Origin: Ktedonosporobacter sp.
Lineage (GTDB): Bacteria > Chloroflexota > Ktedonobacteria > Ktedonobacterales > Ktedonobacteraceae
Length of the DNA stretch: 64,000 nt
Assembly (NCBI GenBank): GCA_035293765.1
Contig: DATGMF010000079.1
Span: 1-64,000, forward strand
Direction: 5' to 3'
This document shows, piece by piece, positions 19,121 to 28,256 of the stretch. How positions within the stretch are numbered: position 1 is the stretch's first letter; every line of letters starts with the position of its first letter. The position numbers and the translations under genes are program-made. The notes beneath the pieces were generated by a model that did no database searches, was not told the origin of the DNA, and worked only from the letters and a program-made list of their open reading frames with translations.

Positions 19121-20980
19121 CTAAAAGGACGGGTTAGCGTTTTGGACCAGCGTATCAAACCCGGCCTGGAACCAGGCACCAGAGACCGGAGCGTTAGCCA
19201 TAGCCCCCGTCGGCAGGTTGTTGTTCAGCGGATCGCCGCCAAACGTCGGGTCGCACATGCGGTCGAAGCCCTTGCCCGTGGGATTCTGAGGCCCCGTTGG
19301 AATCAGCGAGCTTGAGCCATCAGATTCGCCAGGCGGCTTGATCCAGACGAACGCGGCAATATTAGGCATCGGATTCGCTTGTGGGCGAGCCCCGATGCCA
19401 CCAGGCTGGTTGCACCAGTTGCCGCGGCCAATGCGCTTGTCGATCCTGGTGGCGTTAACGAATGTGTTCAGATCCGTTGAGGTGCTCGGTCCTGTCGGGC
19501 GAGCGGAGCCTCCCCAACCGTTACGCGACGTGTCGATTAACATGCCAATGGTGCTCGGGAAGCCGGCGGCGATAAACGCATTGCGCATATCGGTGTCATA
19601 GGTGGCCTCGTCGATGTAGGTGTTCCACTGGTAGAAGGTGGCGGAGCGCACCGGCTGACCGTTGATCTGCTGATTGGCGGTCATGAACGGCTCGGTCGTC
19701 GGCGTATAGTTGGCGGTGTTGCTGATGAAGCCATCCACACTATTGACGCCGGCGGTCGTGCCCTTGATCGTGTTGCTGATCAGGGTCACAGCGGGCTGGA
19801 AGTTGCTGGTCCAGCCGAGCCAGCCGTCGTGGGCAATATCGACGTAGTTGTATACGTTCGGGATCGCGTGCAGCTTGTTCAGTGCGTATTGGACGCCCTG
19901 CACGTAAGCGCCGCTGGAGTTTGCCTCAGCGCACTTGGCGATATTCAGGTTGGTGACCAGGTTGGGCAGCGAGTCCGGCTCGATGATCGCGACGATGCGC
20001 AAATTGCTATATTTCGGCAGACTGAACGTGGCCGCAATCGGGTCGATATACTGTGATTTGTAGATCGACAGACCGTTATTGGCGACAGTTAGCTCGCCGT
20101 TAGACGCCAGGGCTGCGCAATCGCGGTCAGGCAGGTCGTAGATGACGAAAGTGATCACGACGGGCTGGCTGCCGGTGGCCTGGGACAGTGCCGCATCCAG
20201 GTGCCCTGCCAGGCTTCTGGCGTAGCCCGGACCGCCGCTGATCGCGCCCATGCTGTCGAGCCAGACGGCTGTCGAGTACTGAGCGACTTTGGCCTCCTGC
20301 GTCCCGAGTGTGCCTCCTACCGAAGCTGCGCCCGCTTTAACGTTCGCGGCCCAATCAGGGTTGATGTATCCCTGAGCGCCAACGTAAGGATTGGCAACGT
20401 GCGTGCCAGGCGGTGGCGGCGGGGTAGGTGTAGGCGTATTCGTCGGCGTCTGGGTAGGCGTGGGTGTATTCGTCTGAGTCGGAGTTGGCGTATTCGTTGG
20501 CGGCGGTGGCGTGCCATTACAGGCATTACCATTGATGGTAAAGCTTGTAGGTGCGGTATTGCTACCACTCCAGTTGGCGTTAAAGCCAGGAGGAGAGGTC
20601 ACCGTCGCGCCCGCCGCAACGGCTCCATTATAGGACAGGCTGGTGATCGTCACCGCTGCGCCATTTTGCGTAAAGTTGCCATTCCACAACTGCGTGATCG
20701 TCTGGCCGTTGGGGAACGAGAACTGCAAGCTCCAGCTCGTCCATGCTGAGGCGCTGGTATTTTGAATGGTGAAACTTGCCCCGAAGCCAGTGTTCCACTG
20801 GTTTGTTACTGTGTAGGTCACCACACAGGATGAATCTGCATGCGTAGCCGTAGCCTCTATGAACAAGCTGCTGATGAGCAAAGTCAGCACGCTCGCGAGC
20901 AAGACCAGACTTCGTAGCTTGTTTTTAGCGAGCAAACCTGGAAGTCTACTCTGTGAGATGCGACGCTTGATATCGCGCAT
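19121..20980 (-). CDS. GH6 cellulase (cellobiohydrolase/endoglucanase) with N-terminal CBM2 and Pro/Thr linker
   Basis: N-terminal CBM2 ([23 protein letters not shown]...[18 protein letters not shown]). PT-linker TPTPTQTNTPTPT. GH6 catalytic signature VIYDLPDRDCAA. RBS aaaggaggg precedes the Met at 20980; the track ORF is 5'-extended. Confidence 0.9.
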   Translation of the reverse strand: MRDIKRRISQSRLPGLLAKNKLRSLVLLASVLTLLISSLFIEATATHADSSCVVTYTVTNQWNTGFGASFTIQNTSASAWTSWSLQFSFPNGQTITQLWNGNFTQNGAAVTITSLSYNGAVAAGATVTSPPGFNANWSGSNTAPTSFTINGNACNGTPPPPTNTPTPTQTNTPTPTQTPTNTPTPTPPPPPGTHVANPYVGAQGYINPDWAANVKAGAASVGGTLGTQEAKVAQYSTAVWLDSMGAISGGPGYARSLAGHLDAALSQATGSQPVVITFVIYDLPDRDCAALASNGELTVANNGLSIYKSQYIDPIAATFSLPKYSNLRIVAIIEPDSLPNLVTNLNIAKCAEANSSGAYVQGVQYALNKLHAIPNVYNYVDIAHDGWLGWTSNFQPAVTLISNTIKGTTAGVNSVDGFISNTANYTPTTEPFMTANQQINGQPVRSATFYQWNTYIDEATYDTDMRNAFIAAGFPSTIGMLIDTSRNGWGGSARPTGPSTSTDLNTFVNATRIDKRIGRGNWCNQPGGIGARPQANPMPNIAAFVWIKPPGESDGSSSLIPTGPQNPTGKGFDRMCDPTFGGDPLNNNLPTGAMANAPVSGAWFQAGFDTLVQNANPSF

Positions 20981-21018
20981 TCTACCCTCCTTTGGGTGCA
21001 ACTAAGAAAAACGATGCT

Positions 21019-21176
21019 AGAAAGATACTTCCTCGCCGAGCGACAGAGCGGAGCTAGCTGTGCTAACAGCGTTGTCGCTCGGAATAGAAAGATACTTCCT
21101 TGCCGAGCGACACTCCCACGATGAGTCGGGGAGCTACAACGCTCAGTCGCTCGGCAAAGAAAGATCAGGAAGTACT
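21019..21176. repeat. three copies (2 direct, 1 inverted, plus a partial) of a ~27-bp element AGAAAGATACTTCC(T/C)(C/T)GCCGAGCGACA forming two GC-rich hairpins in the GH48-GH6 intergenic spacer
   Basis: Copies at 21019-21045 and 21086-21112; inverted copy at 21146-21176; partial inverted copy at 21071-21085. Arms ttgccgagcgac/gtcgctcggcaa pair across a 34-nt loop, starting 8 nt past the GH48 stop. Confidence 0.6.
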
Positions 21177-23687
21177 ACAGGACGAACCATTCAAAGTGAA
21201 TGCAGTAGGAGGTGAATTACTGCCACTCCAGTTGGCATTAAAGCCAGGAGGAGAGCTCAGCGTGGCCCCTGCCGGGATCGAGCCGTTGTAGGACAGGTTG
21301 GTAATCGTCACCTTCGCGCCATTTTGCGTAAAGTTGCCGTTCCACAGTTGCGTGATTGTCTGGCCGTTGGGGAAGCTAAATTGCAAGCTCCAGCCATTGA
21401 TCGCCGTCGTTCCGGTGTTGGTAATCGTGAAGCTGGCCCCGAAGCCGGTGTTCCACTGGTTCGTCACCGTGTAGATCACCTTACAAGTCGCGCTCGGGTT
21501 CGGAGTGGGACTTGGCGTCGGGCTCGGCGTGGGCGTAGGTGTTGATGTTTGTGTGGGCGTAGGTGTCGGTGTTGATGTCTGCGTGGGCGTGGGTGTAGGC
21601 GTCCCTCCTGATGGTGGGAACAGGATATCAACATCAGCCATTGCCATAGCGATATCGGCCTGAGCCCAGAAACGATGGTAGTTAAAGGTTGGCGCCGGAC
21701 CCCCATTCAGGTAGGCTTGCACCTTTGGAAAGGCGGGATCTGACGTATACTTGGGCCGCTCGGTAAGAAACGTCGTGGACGAATTGAGCGTCGCGCCCTG
21801 TGCATTGGTGCCTACCCAGTTCGCAGGAATAGAGACCGAGTCGTTGAACTGGTTATAGTCCTTGCGAGTTTCGGGGTTGGAGACGCCGATGCTGTCAGCA
21901 AAGTTGGCCCACATATCGGTCAGCAGTGTCTGAGCCAGGGTGCGCGACGTGGTGTCGCCAGATTTGGCGGCATAGTACAGCAGGGTCTTAGCCAGCGCAG
22001 CCGTGACGCCCACATCAGTAGTGGTGTCTACCACGGTCACATGCAGGCCCGCATTGTTCACCGAGGTCGTCCCGGCAGTCCAGTTCCCTCCCGGCTGACC
22101 GCTCCAGTTAAGGGTTGAGGGGATCGTGTAAGTGCCATTGGAGTTGACTGTCGTCTCTGACTTGGCCCAGGCGACCCATTTATCCAGGATCGACTTGGCC
22201 GTGGCATCGCCGGTCTCGAAGTAATACTCGGCAACCCGTTCCATTGACCATGCCTGGAAACCAAACCAGTTGTTGCTGGGCGGATCATGGTAGACCGGTT
22301 CGAAATCGTAGGCCATGCCGTAGAATGTGGGATCACCGGCAGGAGGCGTTCCATACTGTCCATTCCAACTATTGGTCGCGCCACCGGCGATGGCACCTTC
22401 AGCCGATTGCAGCCACTGATAGAACTGTAACATGCGTTGCAGGCTGGTGGCCCAGTCACCGGGAGCGGTTGGAGACTTGGGTTTGAGAGCGGGCACAGTG
22501 CTCAGCGCCCAGGCGGCCAGAGGGTTCTGGTAGCCCTGGTGGGCAGCGCTGGCACCGATACGCCAGGCCCAGCTACCGGCGGAAGGGAGCGCTCCGCCCC
22601 AGGCATAGTACCAGTCCAGCAAATAGGTTGAACTGTTTTTGCCGCTACCTGCCGGGCAACTCGTGCTTGTACAACCCATCGTCTTGAAGTATTTATCGTA
22701 GGTGCCATAGCGCAGATAGTCACCCATCTTCGATGCTTCGGCAACTTGAGATGCTATCGCGCTCCCCTGTCCTTGAGCAGTCGCCCAGGTATAGGCCCAA
22801 AAGGCTGCCTGGACCGTGCGCGCATCAGCATCAGGAGCATCGGTATAGCGCCACTGCTGCGAGTAGCCACCTCCTGAAGCCGAGGTGTTGAATAGCGTCA
22901 AAAAGCCGGTTCCATCGTTCCTGCCCCAGGTGAATGTCTCACATTCTGGTTGAACTACCGTCTTCCAGACCGACTCCGATGCGCCACGCTGGTACGAGTT
23001 GATGAAAGATGGCTTGGTCGTGCCATCCCCACAGTGACCGTAACCGTACCAGTTATCCGTGTCGAGCAGCCAGGGCATGCCAAAGATATCGGAAGTGCCG
23101 TAGGTCTGCTGGAGTTCGTTAGCCAGTGGATCTTGCCCCACCGACACAGATGTGGAGAGCTGGGTTGGATAATCGGTGATATTGGGTGACTCTGGCGCGT
23201 ACTGCGCGGGACTGCTGGGATTATAGCCGCTGTTGGTCGGCTGATCGGCGTGTGATGGAATCATATACTTATCCATCGTCGCCCAGGCGTTGATAAAGGG
23301 CTGCCAGTTCCCCGTCACCTGACCGTAGGTCGCCTCCAGCCAGATCCAGAAGCTGAACGTTTCTGACGTGGTTTCGTGGCCGTAGTCTGGCGCTTCTACT
23401 ATCAGGGTCTCCACTGAATGGTAGGGGATACCCAGAGGGCTAAAATACCCATTGGCCGGATTCTTGATCTCACCATAGAGAGTCAGGAAATGCTGGGTAT
23501 AGATGGATGTGGCATTTGCAGTTCGAGTAGCACTATGTGCTAGCGGAATACGTTGGCCTCCTAAAAATCCAGAGATCATCAGCGTCGTGACGATGATCCC
23601 CAGTAAAACATATTGAAAGATCCTCTTTGGAGTCACTCTAACCTCCTTTTTACACAATGCTAAACCCAGGTGGTATAGACCATCCAA
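21165..23687 (-). CDS. GH48 reducing-end cellobiohydrolase with C-terminal CBM2
   Basis: YFSPLGIPYHSVETLIVEAPDYGHETTSETFSFWIWLEATYG is the GH48 N-terminal signature (cf. Cel48/CelS). C-terminal PT-linker plus CBM2 ([25 protein letters not shown]...). Signal peptide present; TTG start. Confidence 0.9.
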   Translation of the reverse strand: MDGLYHLGLALCKKEVRVTPKRIFQYVLLGIIVTTLMISGFLGGQRIPLAHSATRTANATSIYTQHFLTLYGEIKNPANGYFSPLGIPYHSVETLIVEAPDYGHETTSETFSFWIWLEATYGQVTGNWQPFINAWATMDKYMIPSHADQPTNSGYNPSSPAQYAPESPNITDYPTQLSTSVSVGQDPLANELQQTYGTSDIFGMPWLLDTDNWYGYGHCGDGTTKPSFINSYQRGASESVWKTVVQPECETFTWGRNDGTGFLTLFNTSASGGGYSQQWRYTDAPDADARTVQAAFWAYTWATAQGQGSAIASQVAEASKMGDYLRYGTYDKYFKTMGCTSTSCPAGSGKNSSTYLLDWYYAWGGALPSAGSWAWRIGASAAHQGYQNPLAAWALSTVPALKPKSPTAPGDWATSLQRMLQFYQWLQSAEGAIAGGATNSWNGQYGTPPAGDPTFYGMAYDFEPVYHDPPSNNWFGFQAWSMERVAEYYFETGDATAKSILDKWVAWAKSETTVNSNGTYTIPSTLNWSGQPGGNWTAGTTSVNNAGLHVTVVDTTTDVGVTAALAKTLLYYAAKSGDTTSRTLAQTLLTDMWANFADSIGVSNPETRKDYNQFNDSVSIPANWVGTNAQGATLNSSTTFLTERPKYTSDPAFPKVQAYLNGGPAPTFNYHRFWAQADIAMAMADVDILFPPSGGTPTPTPTQTSTPTPTPTQTSTPTPTPSPTPSPTPNPSATCKVIYTVTNQWNTGFGASFTITNTGTTAINGWSLQFSFPNGQTITQLWNGNFTQNGAKVTITNLSYNGSIPAGATLSSPPGFNANWSGSNSPPTAFTLNGSSCSTS

Positions 23688-23837
23688 CTACTCTCCAGAC
23701 TGCGGTGTCGATGCCCCATGACAGAGCCAGCGTTGAGGAGAGCAACCGTTATCCGCTGCATAAGTTGTGGGTGGCGTCTCAGCCTGCTCTGCACCTCCTT
23801 CTCACTGTGATATTTCGAGCGTGAGTGAGGAAAAGAA

Positions 23838-23972
23838 TAATCGTAATCGTTTACGTGAACGTTTACATTAACGGGTAAGTAATGGTAAGATACGTGATGA
23901 ACTGGTTTTGATTGTAGTGTAGCTAATCATTTTTCTGCATACAACGACATCCACTAGACACACTATGGACAG
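23838..23972. promoter_or_regulatory. ~135-bp conserved upstream module (promoter + 5'-UTR operator candidates) of the GH48 gene; paralogous copy at 35455-35590
   Basis: Aligns with 35455-35590 at the same distance (~150-285 nt) from the respective start codons. Shared blocks: gtaatcgtt(t/c)acg..aacgtttaca, ctggttttg..tgtagtgtagctaatc, cactagacacact(a/g)tggacag. In gene orientation it gives TTGTAT-17-TACACT. Confidence 0.5.
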
Positions 23973-24080
23973 ATAGAAGCGGGCAGAACGGGAGTCAGGA
24001 GTACATTGTTGTGCTTAGGAGTTAGCGATCAAGACGTTACACAATCAGTTGTTACGACGAGGTCATTGGAGGACACGCGT

Positions 24081-25262
24081 ATGACACCGAATCGTCGTTT
24101 GAAACAGGCACGCGAACTACGAGGTTGGTCGCAGGCTAAAGTGGCGGAACAGCTTGGCACCGATGCTACCACAGTCAGCCGCTGGGAACGAGGTCTGTTT
24201 TCCCCCACCCCTTATTTTCGCGAGAAACTCTGCGCGCTCTTCGGCAAAAACGCTGCCGAATTAGGGCTGCTGGAAGGCGCAAACCAATCACAAGAGAGCA
24301 ATGGGAACGACTCCTCCCTACGCTCGTCTGCTTCCCTCCTCTTTCAAGCAGGTATAGAATGGCAGGCAAAGGAACTGCATGCAGGAAAAATCACTTCTCC
24401 CGTACCACCTTCCTGGCCGAAACGTACAGACACTTTCACCTACATTCTACAAAGTGCTACATACGATCAACAGGCTCATTTGCTGTGGGGAGAGGCATAT
24501 GTGCGAGCGTTGCAGGGGCAACACAAAGAAGCGCAACTGCTGGGCGAGGCCAGTCTGAGCGCGTTTGAAAGCGTCAATCATTTGAATGCGACAGCTATTC
24601 GTGAGTGGCTTGACCAGCGGGGGCTGGTCCCGCCCACGCCTCCTCCACCCAGTGGAGCCCCACCTCTGCCTGTGCTGCCAGAACAGCGCAAACGCGCTCC
24701 CAGCCAGATTTTGCGCGCAGGGGGCGTTAGCTTTGCTCTCATCCTGATCGTTATCGCATCACTTCTGCTCCCCGGCTTTTCTTTCAATCAGTTCCGCCTA
24801 CCAGCTCTGACCTCGTCAACGGCTCATGCTTTGTCTTCTATGAAGCAAGAGACACCGATGAGGCCGCTCACAGGAGTTGCCAGCATTGCCACTCCAACGC
24901 CCGTCATCGTTGCCACACCTACGCCTATGATCTCTCCTGCTCTGACGCCGCCGACCCCCTCTGCTCTGACGGCTGAGATTTCGCCGGCCAATTTAACGCC
25001 GCAGGATTGTATCCTGGAGGCGCTCGGCTATCGCTGTACACTGACGCTCTGGTTATATGGCAGCGGCCAGGGGCTATTTACCTGGGAGGCTAGCAGCTCA
25101 TTGGCGGCGCAATTCAATGCTAGCAAGGGAACCAGTATGCCAGGGCAGCCATCACAGGTAATTGTTTATATCAGAAGTTCTCCTGGTGAGAAAGGCCAGC
25201 TTATTTTTACTTTTACCTCGTCTGCGGATACATGTACGAAATCCGTCACCTGGCAGGGCTGA
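24081..25262 (+). CDS. membrane-anchored XRE-family HTH regulator with Pro-rich linker, one TM helix and ~170-aa extracytoplasmic C-terminal domain
   Basis: HTH: MTPNRRLKQARELRGWSQAKVAEQLGTDATTVSRWERG. TM: GVSFALILIVIASLLLPGFSF. Lies divergent from GH48 and upstream of GH9. Confidence 0.7.
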   Translation: MTPNRRLKQARELRGWSQAKVAEQLGTDATTVSRWERGLFSPTPYFREKLCALFGKNAAELGLLEGANQSQESNGNDSSLRSSASLLFQAGIEWQAKELHAGKITSPVPPSWPKRTDTFTYILQSATYDQQAHLLWGEAYVRALQGQHKEAQLLGEASLSAFESVNHLNATAIREWLDQRGLVPPTPPPPSGAPPLPVLPEQRKRAPSQILRAGGVSFALILIVIASLLLPGFSFNQFRLPALTSSTAHALSSMKQETPMRPLTGVASIATPTPVIVATPTPMISPALTPPTPSALTAEISPANLTPQDCILEALGYRCTLTLWLYGSGQGLFTWEASSSLAAQFNASKGTSMPGQPSQVIVYIRSSPGEKGQLIFTFTSSADTCTKSVTWQG

Positions 25263-25305
25263 ACCACCCCTGCCGGGTAATGCTGCTGACCATGTGCTTA
25301 GTAAC

Positions 25306-25351
25306 TGTCTAGTGTGTGTTCTTGTATCTGGATTATCATGCTAGGTACAGT
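25306..25351 (+). promoter_or_regulatory. candidate GH9 promoter sharing the TGTCTAGTGTGTG upstream box and TTGTAT -35 with the GH48 / GH-A modules
   Basis: tgtctagtgtgtg (25306-25318), TTGTAT (25322-25327), 18-nt spacer, TACAGT (25346-25351); ~80 nt upstream of the GH9 ATG. Confidence 0.4.
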
Positions 25352-25432
25352 ACATCATACGCTCTTGTTTTATTTGGGAACATCTATGAAAAGGGGATGG
25401 GTACCCTCTATACCCTGAAAGGACAGGGGAAT

Positions 25433-27892
25433 ATGATGCCGGTCAAGAAGCTCGGTACACACAGGTTGAAGCAACCATCTACCATCCTGCTGCTACCTCT
25501 GCTCTGCATGATTCTGCTGGCGACTGTTCTCATAAGCCCGCTACGCTCAGCGATTGTCCATGCCAGCCCAACGTTTAACTACGGGGAGGCATTGCAGAAG
25601 GCCATATACTTTTATGAAGAGCAGAGTTCTGGCCCTAAACCATCCTGGAACCGTGTGCCCTGGATCGGCAACTCAGCCATGAACGACGGCTCAGACGTTG
25701 GCCTTGATCTGACCGGTGGCTGGTATGACGCCGGGGACCACGTCAAATTTGGCTTGCCGATGGCCTGGTCTGTCACTATGCTCGGTTGGGGCGTCATTGC
25801 GAACCGCGACGCCTATGTGCAGGATGGTCAACTGCAGTATATCTTGAATAATATCAAATGGGCCACCGATTACTTCATCAAAGCGCATCCCTCTCCCGAT
25901 GTATTGTACGGACAGGTTGGTGACCCTAATGCGGATCACTCCTTCTGGGGACCGGCAGAGGTGATGCAGATGGCCCGTCCCGCTTACAAGATCGACGAGA
26001 GTTGTCCAGGCTCCGATCTGGCAGGGGAGACGGCTGCCGCAATGGCCTCGGCCTCGATGGTTTTCCAACCGACAGATCCAACGTACGCGAGTACCCTCCT
26101 CACTCATGCCAAGCAGCTCTACTCATTTGCCGACAATTTCCGTGGCAAGTACGACTCCTGTATTACCGCAGCCAGTGGCTTCTACACCTCATTCAGTGGC
26201 TATAACGACGAACTGGTCTGGGGAGCCATCTGGCTCTATCTGGCAACCGGTGATACTGCGTATCTGACCAAAGCTGAGAATTATTACGTCAATCTCAGCA
26301 ATCAGCCGCAGACGAATATCAAATCCTACCAGTGGACGATTAGCTGGGATGATCAATCTTATGGCTGCTATATTTTGCTGGCTGAGATCACCGGCCTACA
26401 GCAGTACAAGGATGACGCTCAGCGTTTCCTCGATTGGTGGACGGTTGGAGTAAACGGGCAGAAAGTCAGCTACTCGCCTGGAGGGGAGGCTTTTCTCAGC
26501 CCGTGGGGCTCGCTACGCTACGCGGCCAATACGGCCTTCTTAGCCCTGAATTATGCCGACTATCTGGGCACGAGCAACCCGCTGTACTCGCGCTATCATG
26601 ATTTTGCTGTGCAGCAGATCAACTACATCCTGGGGGCGAATCCGCGCAATTGCAGCTACATGGTCGGCTTCGGCTCCTGCTATCCTCAGACGCCGCACCA
26701 TCGCACCTCGCATGGTTCCTGGGATAATAACATCACGGACCCGGTCTATCAGCGTCATATCCTCTACGGGGCAATGGTGGGCGGACCCAGTTCTGCCGAC
26801 GACTCCTTTACCGACAATCGCCAGACGTTCCAGACCAACGAGCCTGCCGACGATTATAACGCGGCTCTTACAGGTGCATTAGCACGCCTGTACAAAGAGT
26901 TTGGCGGTAGCCCGGCGGCTTCGCTGCCGGACAAGGCCAAAGACGACGATGAAATTTACGCCATGGCCGCCGTCAATGCTTCGGGGACGAACTTCACGGA
27001 GATCAAGGCCATCTTCGTCAACAAGACCGGCTGGCCTGCTCGCGTCACCAGCAATCTCTCTCTGAACTACTACTTCACGCTGGAGCCGGGAGTGACGCCG
27101 AGCATGCTTACGTTGAACACGAATTATACCGAGTGTGGCAGCCACCTCTCCGGGCCAACGCAGTTCTCTGGCAACATCTACTACATCACGGTGAGCTGCG
27201 CTGGTACCCTCATTTATCCAGGTGGGCAAAGCAATTTCCAGAAGCAGGTGCAGTTCCGCATTACCAGCTCGGGCGCCTGGGACCCTACCAACGACTGGTC
27301 CTACCAGGGGGTAGCCACGCCGGCAGGTGCGCAACCGGTCAAAGTGACGAATATGCCCGTTTTTGATGGCAGTACGCAGGTCTGGGGCGCGACGCCTGGC
27401 AGTACCGGACCCACGCCGACGCCAACTCCTGGTGTGACCCCAACGGTCACGCCAACGCAAACGCCAGTGCCTACTCCAAATCCAACACCAGGCCCGACGC
27501 CGAGTCCGACGCCCATGCCAACTCCAACGCCGAACCCGACGCCAAGTCCGACGCCCACCCCAGGCGCGAGCTGCAAGGTGGTCTACACGGTGACGAATCA
27601 GTGGTCCACCGGCTTTGGGGCGAGCTTCACGATCACCAACACGGGCACGACGGCGATTAATGGCTGGAGCCTGCAATTCAGCTTCGCCAACGGGCAGACC
27701 ATCACGCAGTTATGGGGCGGTAACTTCACGCAGACAGGAGCGAAGGTGACCATTACCAATCTCTCCTATAACGGCGCAATCCCGGCGGGGGCGACGCTCA
27801 GTTCCCCTCCTGGCTTCAACGCCTCCTGGAGCGGCACCAATGCGCCTCCAACCGCGTTCACCCTGAACGGAGCATCTTGTAGTACTTCCTGA
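25433..27892 (+). CDS. GH9 processive endoglucanase with CBM3c, PT linker and C-terminal CBM2 (Cel9A/E4-like architecture)
   Basis: GH9 signature [25 protein letters not shown]3c-like block [45 protein letters not shown] linker [37 protein letters not shown]2 [25 protein letters not shown].... RBS gggga precedes ATGATG at 25433. Confidence 0.9.
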   Translation: MMPVKKLGTHRLKQPSTILLLPLLCMILLATVLISPLRSAIVHASPTFNYGEALQKAIYFYEEQSSGPKPSWNRVPWIGNSAMNDGSDVGLDLTGGWYDAGDHVKFGLPMAWSVTMLGWGVIANRDAYVQDGQLQYILNNIKWATDYFIKAHPSPDVLYGQVGDPNADHSFWGPAEVMQMARPAYKIDESCPGSDLAGETAAAMASASMVFQPTDPTYASTLLTHAKQLYSFADNFRGKYDSCITAASGFYTSFSGYNDELVWGAIWLYLATGDTAYLTKAENYYVNLSNQPQTNIKSYQWTISWDDQSYGCYILLAEITGLQQYKDDAQRFLDWWTVGVNGQKVSYSPGGEAFLSPWGSLRYAANTAFLALNYADYLGTSNPLYSRYHDFAVQQINYILGANPRNCSYMVGFGSCYPQTPHHRTSHGSWDNNITDPVYQRHILYGAMVGGPSSADDSFTDNRQTFQTNEPADDYNAALTGALARLYKEFGGSPAASLPDKAKDDDEIYAMAAVNASGTNFTEIKAIFVNKTGWPARVTSNLSLNYYFTLEPGVTPSMLTLNTNYTECGSHLSGPTQFSGNIYYITVSCAGTLIYPGGQSNFQKQVQFRITSSGAWDPTNDWSYQGVATPAGAQPVKVTNMPVFDGSTQVWGATPGSTGPTPTPTPGVTPTVTPTQTPVPTPNPTPGPTPSPTPMPTPTPNPTPSPTPTPGASCKVVYTVTNQWSTGFGASFTITNTGTTAINGWSLQFSFANGQTITQLWGGNFTQTGAKVTITNLSYNGAIPAGATLSSPPGFNASWSGTNAPPTAFTLNGASCSTS

Positions 27893-27900
27893 GAGCAGAG

Positions 27901-28234
27901 GGCAAGCGCAAGGCCCCCTCCCAGGCCCATGCACCTCCCCTTGCCCCTACCGGTTCAGGGTTTACGTACGTGTGGGGAGACGACGAACGTATGGGTAGGG
28001 GCAATGCCTTGCGCTTGCCCTGCTCGCTTCCCCGACCCATGCCCATCCCTGCGACCCATCCAAACGGTTTGTACAAGGTTCCACCGCAGGCCGTAGGGGC
28101 AAGGGGACGGGCAGACGGGGATGTGGGGGCCTTGCACTTGCTTGCCCTGCTGGCTGCACGAGGGGAAACGCAGGCCGTAGGGGCAAGGGGACGGGCAGAC
28201 GGGGATGTGGGGGCCTTGCACTTGCTTGCCCTGC
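27901..28234. repeat. GC-rich intergenic repeat cluster: two 65-bp tandem direct repeats plus imperfect inverted/partial copies
   Basis: Unit gcaggccgtaggggcaaggggacgggcagacggggatgtgggggccttgcacttgcttgccctgc at 28086-28150 and 28170-28234. An inverted relative lies at 27901-27955 (gcaagcgcaaggccccc...ccccttgcccctac) and a partial one at 27993-28040. Confidence 0.65.
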
Positions 28235-28256
28235 CAGACCTGAAAGGAGATACAAC

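Noticed and set aside
27301-27576. ORFs encoding [13 protein letters not shown] or Pro/Arg-rich peptides antisense to, or out of frame with, the Pro/Thr linkers of cellulase genes (also 33633-33830, 20317-20568, 21476-21706, 31695-31982)
   Set aside because: They are reverse-complement / frame-shifted readings of PTPTPT linker DNA inside well-supported GH genes. They are low complexity and have no RBS.
27901-28234. Possible CRISPR array
   Set aside because: Only two full 65-bp units with a 19-bp spacer plus inverted relatives. There are no regularly sized unique spacers and no cas genes anywhere in the window.
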